Of a stretch of 61,892 nt of DNA, positions 60,204 to 61,892 are shown in pieces. The stretch spans positions 1 through 61,892 of the IMG/VR virus record IMGVR_UViG_3300037461_001800; one strand, written 5' to 3'. Within the stretch, counting starts at the first letter, position 1, and the number at the start of each line of letters is the position of its first letter. The position numbers were made by a program, and so were the translations under genes. The notes under the pieces were generated by a model. That model was not told the DNA's origin and ran no database searches. It worked only from the letters and a program-made list of their open reading frames with translations. The DNA comes from a virus (lineage: Duplodnaviria > Caudoviricetes).

Positions 60204-60698
60204 TCAGTCATCAATGGCGATGTCGTACAACCTTGAAATTATCTCGTGAGCGTCCCATCCCCAGTCATTAGCTTCTATGGCTACCTGTGGATTTGGGATG
60301 AATCCGTGATCAGCTTGGCCCTTCATAGCTGACTTAGTCTTACTATCTATTTTAAAACCGGACTCCCTTACCTTCGCCACCAAACCTTGAAGAGCGAAAA
60401 CTAAAGAGCCTGCTCTTTTATCGAGCAGATCGATGGCTCTGTCATCTTCATACATGACCTTATTCATTGGAATTGCCCTGAAAAAATCATTTTTAGCGCT
60501 AAACGCCTTGGCGAAAGCGGCCTTTAACTCATCGGATAAAGACGAATTTTTCACTGTTTCAGGATCGATATGAAGCATACCTTCTCGAAGATGGAGAGTC
60601 CCGAACGCGATTCTAGCGACACGCTGGGCGATCCTGATAAGACGAGAAGTATTTTTATATGCCAGACTGGCGGCGATCCGTAAAATAGCTTGATTCAT
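60204..60698 (-). CDS. Hypothetical protein with repeated N-terminal RIA motifs
   Basis: LRIAASLA...LIRIAQRVARIA. Confidence 0.65.
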   Translation of the reverse strand: MNQAILRIAASLAYKNTSRLIRIAQRVARIAFGTLHLREGMLHIDPETVKNSSLSDELKAAFAKAFSAKNDFFRAIPMNKVMYEDDRAIDLLDKRAGSLVFALQGLVAKVRESGFKIDSKTKSAMKGQADHGFIPNPQVAIEANDWGWDAHEIISRLYDIAIDD

Positions 60699-60829
60699 AC
60701 ATAATTTAATTAATTAAAACTTGACTGGTTTCTTGTTATGCTTCAAATAAATCTTTCTGTATTTTCTAAATATTGGCCACTACCTAATATAAAGCCTACT
60801 GGTAGCAGTATACGGAAGATAAAGACGAA

Positions 60830-61648
60830 ATGATAGAATTAAAAGATAATATTATATGGTTTTGTTTCCCTGAAATTCATTTAGACGCCAAAATTGGCGT
60901 TGTGTTTAATAGAACATTTAGAATTCCGAATGACGGAAAAACATACCCGTTGCCCTATGAATTTGGTAGGTTACCGATTAATCAAATTGATATTTCAAAG
61001 AAACAGACAAAACATAAAAGCATAATACTGCCAATGTGGCAATCAGAAGCGATGCGGATACAATTAATTTCAAATTACTCCCATTTACACAGATATATAT
61101 ACCCTTTCGCTGTTAGAGTGTCAATTGGAGAGTCTGAACTTATTGGGAAACCGTGGTCAAAAACATTAGATGAAAACAACTGTTTTATCACCCCAGAACA
61201 ACCATGGACCTATGGATACAAGACCGAAAATGGAGTTCTTCAACAATTCACGGCCGGTCCGTTGGAAATTAACGCGACTGCGGAAGAAATTGCTGACGAA
61301 GTTGGATCTGAAAAAATTCAGTTCGAAGTATTTCCGATGAGAAGGGACAAATTTGAAAGACGTTTCCCGGCGGGAAGATATCCGGAGGAAAAATATCTGG
61401 AAGATAGATATCCGAAGAGATTATTCACTAAACACGTCTATGACGAAAAATGCTGGGCGACGGAGAATGACGGATGTTTCATATATATGCTAAATTCAAT
61501 TATGTGGAGAACCATTACGAAACAACAAATGCCGACGATGCCGTTTACTGCGTCAGACTATGAACAAATGAAATGTCCGTGGTACGAGCGTTACCGAGAA
61601 CCGGTGACTTATGAACCTTCGATGAAAAAACGTGTGTATGAAATCTGA
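60830..61648 (+). CDS. Conserved hypothetical protein
   Basis: FxRTxRIPxDGKxYPLP, LPMWQSEAM, PEQPWxxG motifs recalled from a widespread uncharacterised family. Confidence 0.7.
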   Translation: MIELKDNIIWFCFPEIHLDAKIGVVFNRTFRIPNDGKTYPLPYEFGRLPINQIDISKKQTKHKSIILPMWQSEAMRIQLISNYSHLHRYIYPFAVRVSIGESELIGKPWSKTLDENNCFITPEQPWTYGYKTENGVLQQFTAGPLEINATAEEIADEVGSEKIQFEVFPMRRDKFERRFPAGRYPEEKYLEDRYPKRLFTKHVYDEKCWATENDGCFIYMLNSIMWRTITKQQMPTMPFTASDYEQMKCPWYERYREPVTYEPSMKKRVYEI

Positions 61649-61892
61649 ACGTTTACATAGGATCGCGAAAAGAGTTATGTCCGCCGACTTGGGAGAATTA
61701 GGACGAGATCTGAAAACGAAAAGAGAACTGGAGAAGAAAACGAAAGACGCGTTAGGGAAAGCGAACGACGAGCTCGGAAAACGCGTTGAAGATCTCGTGG
61801 AAAAAGGGGTGTCCGGCGAAGATGTGTCAAAAGCGATGGGTGAGCTAGAACGAGATTTCAAAGAATTGGAACGGAAAAGTCGAACGCGGTAA
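61638..61892 (+). CDS. Coiled-coil hypothetical protein with N-terminal RIAKRV
   Basis: ERLHRIAKRV followed by a charged helix. Confidence 0.65.
   Translation: MKSERLHRIAKRVMSADLGELGRDLKTKRELEKKTKDALGKANDELGKRVEDLVEKGVSGEDVSKAMGELERDFKELERKSRTR

Noticed and set aside
1-61892. Stop-codon reassignment, as found in some jumbo phages
   Set aside because: Known enzymes are full length in the standard code, and TAG, TGA and TAA all end genes at expected positions (carB TAG, carA TGA, guaA TAA)
1-61892. tRNA or rRNA genes
   Set aside because: No cloverleaf or rRNA-like stretch was recognised in the intergenic gaps by eye; tRNAscan-SE is needed to exclude them

Overview
This 61.9-kb window reads as part of a large (jumbo-type) bacteriophage genome. 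That is an inference: genes are densely packed, many are short orphans, and there are LamG/collagen fibre-like genes, two peptidoglycan-binding lysin-like genes and a DUF5661-like protein, but no capsid, terminase or polymerase gene in the window. An unusually broad set of nucleotide-biosynthesis genes is scattered between the virion-gene blocks: carA, carB, pyrE, purD, purB, a CBS-less guaB, guaA, thyX, dCMP deaminase, a dNMP kinase and a 5'-nucleotidase. The top finding is the only adenylosuccinate-synthetase homologue (46626-47843). It has GSSGKGK in place of GDEGKGK and NFxQ in place of TKxD, the substitutions that mark PurZ. With the phage's own PurB, GuaB/GuaA and dNMP kinase, this suggests a largely self-contained route to 2-aminoadenine (dZ) DNA, and it coexists with a Dam-type methylase and a Mom/Hef-like protein. 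Other signals: a shared C-terminal tag on 7-8 unrelated proteins, a shared N-terminal RIAxR motif, domain insertions in a 7-member virion-protein family, a perfect 37-bp palindrome, a candidate structured RNA, a candidate switch in the carA leader, and a GC-rich pyrE suggesting a high-GC (possibly myxobacterial) host. All calls are motif recognition by eye; no searches were run.
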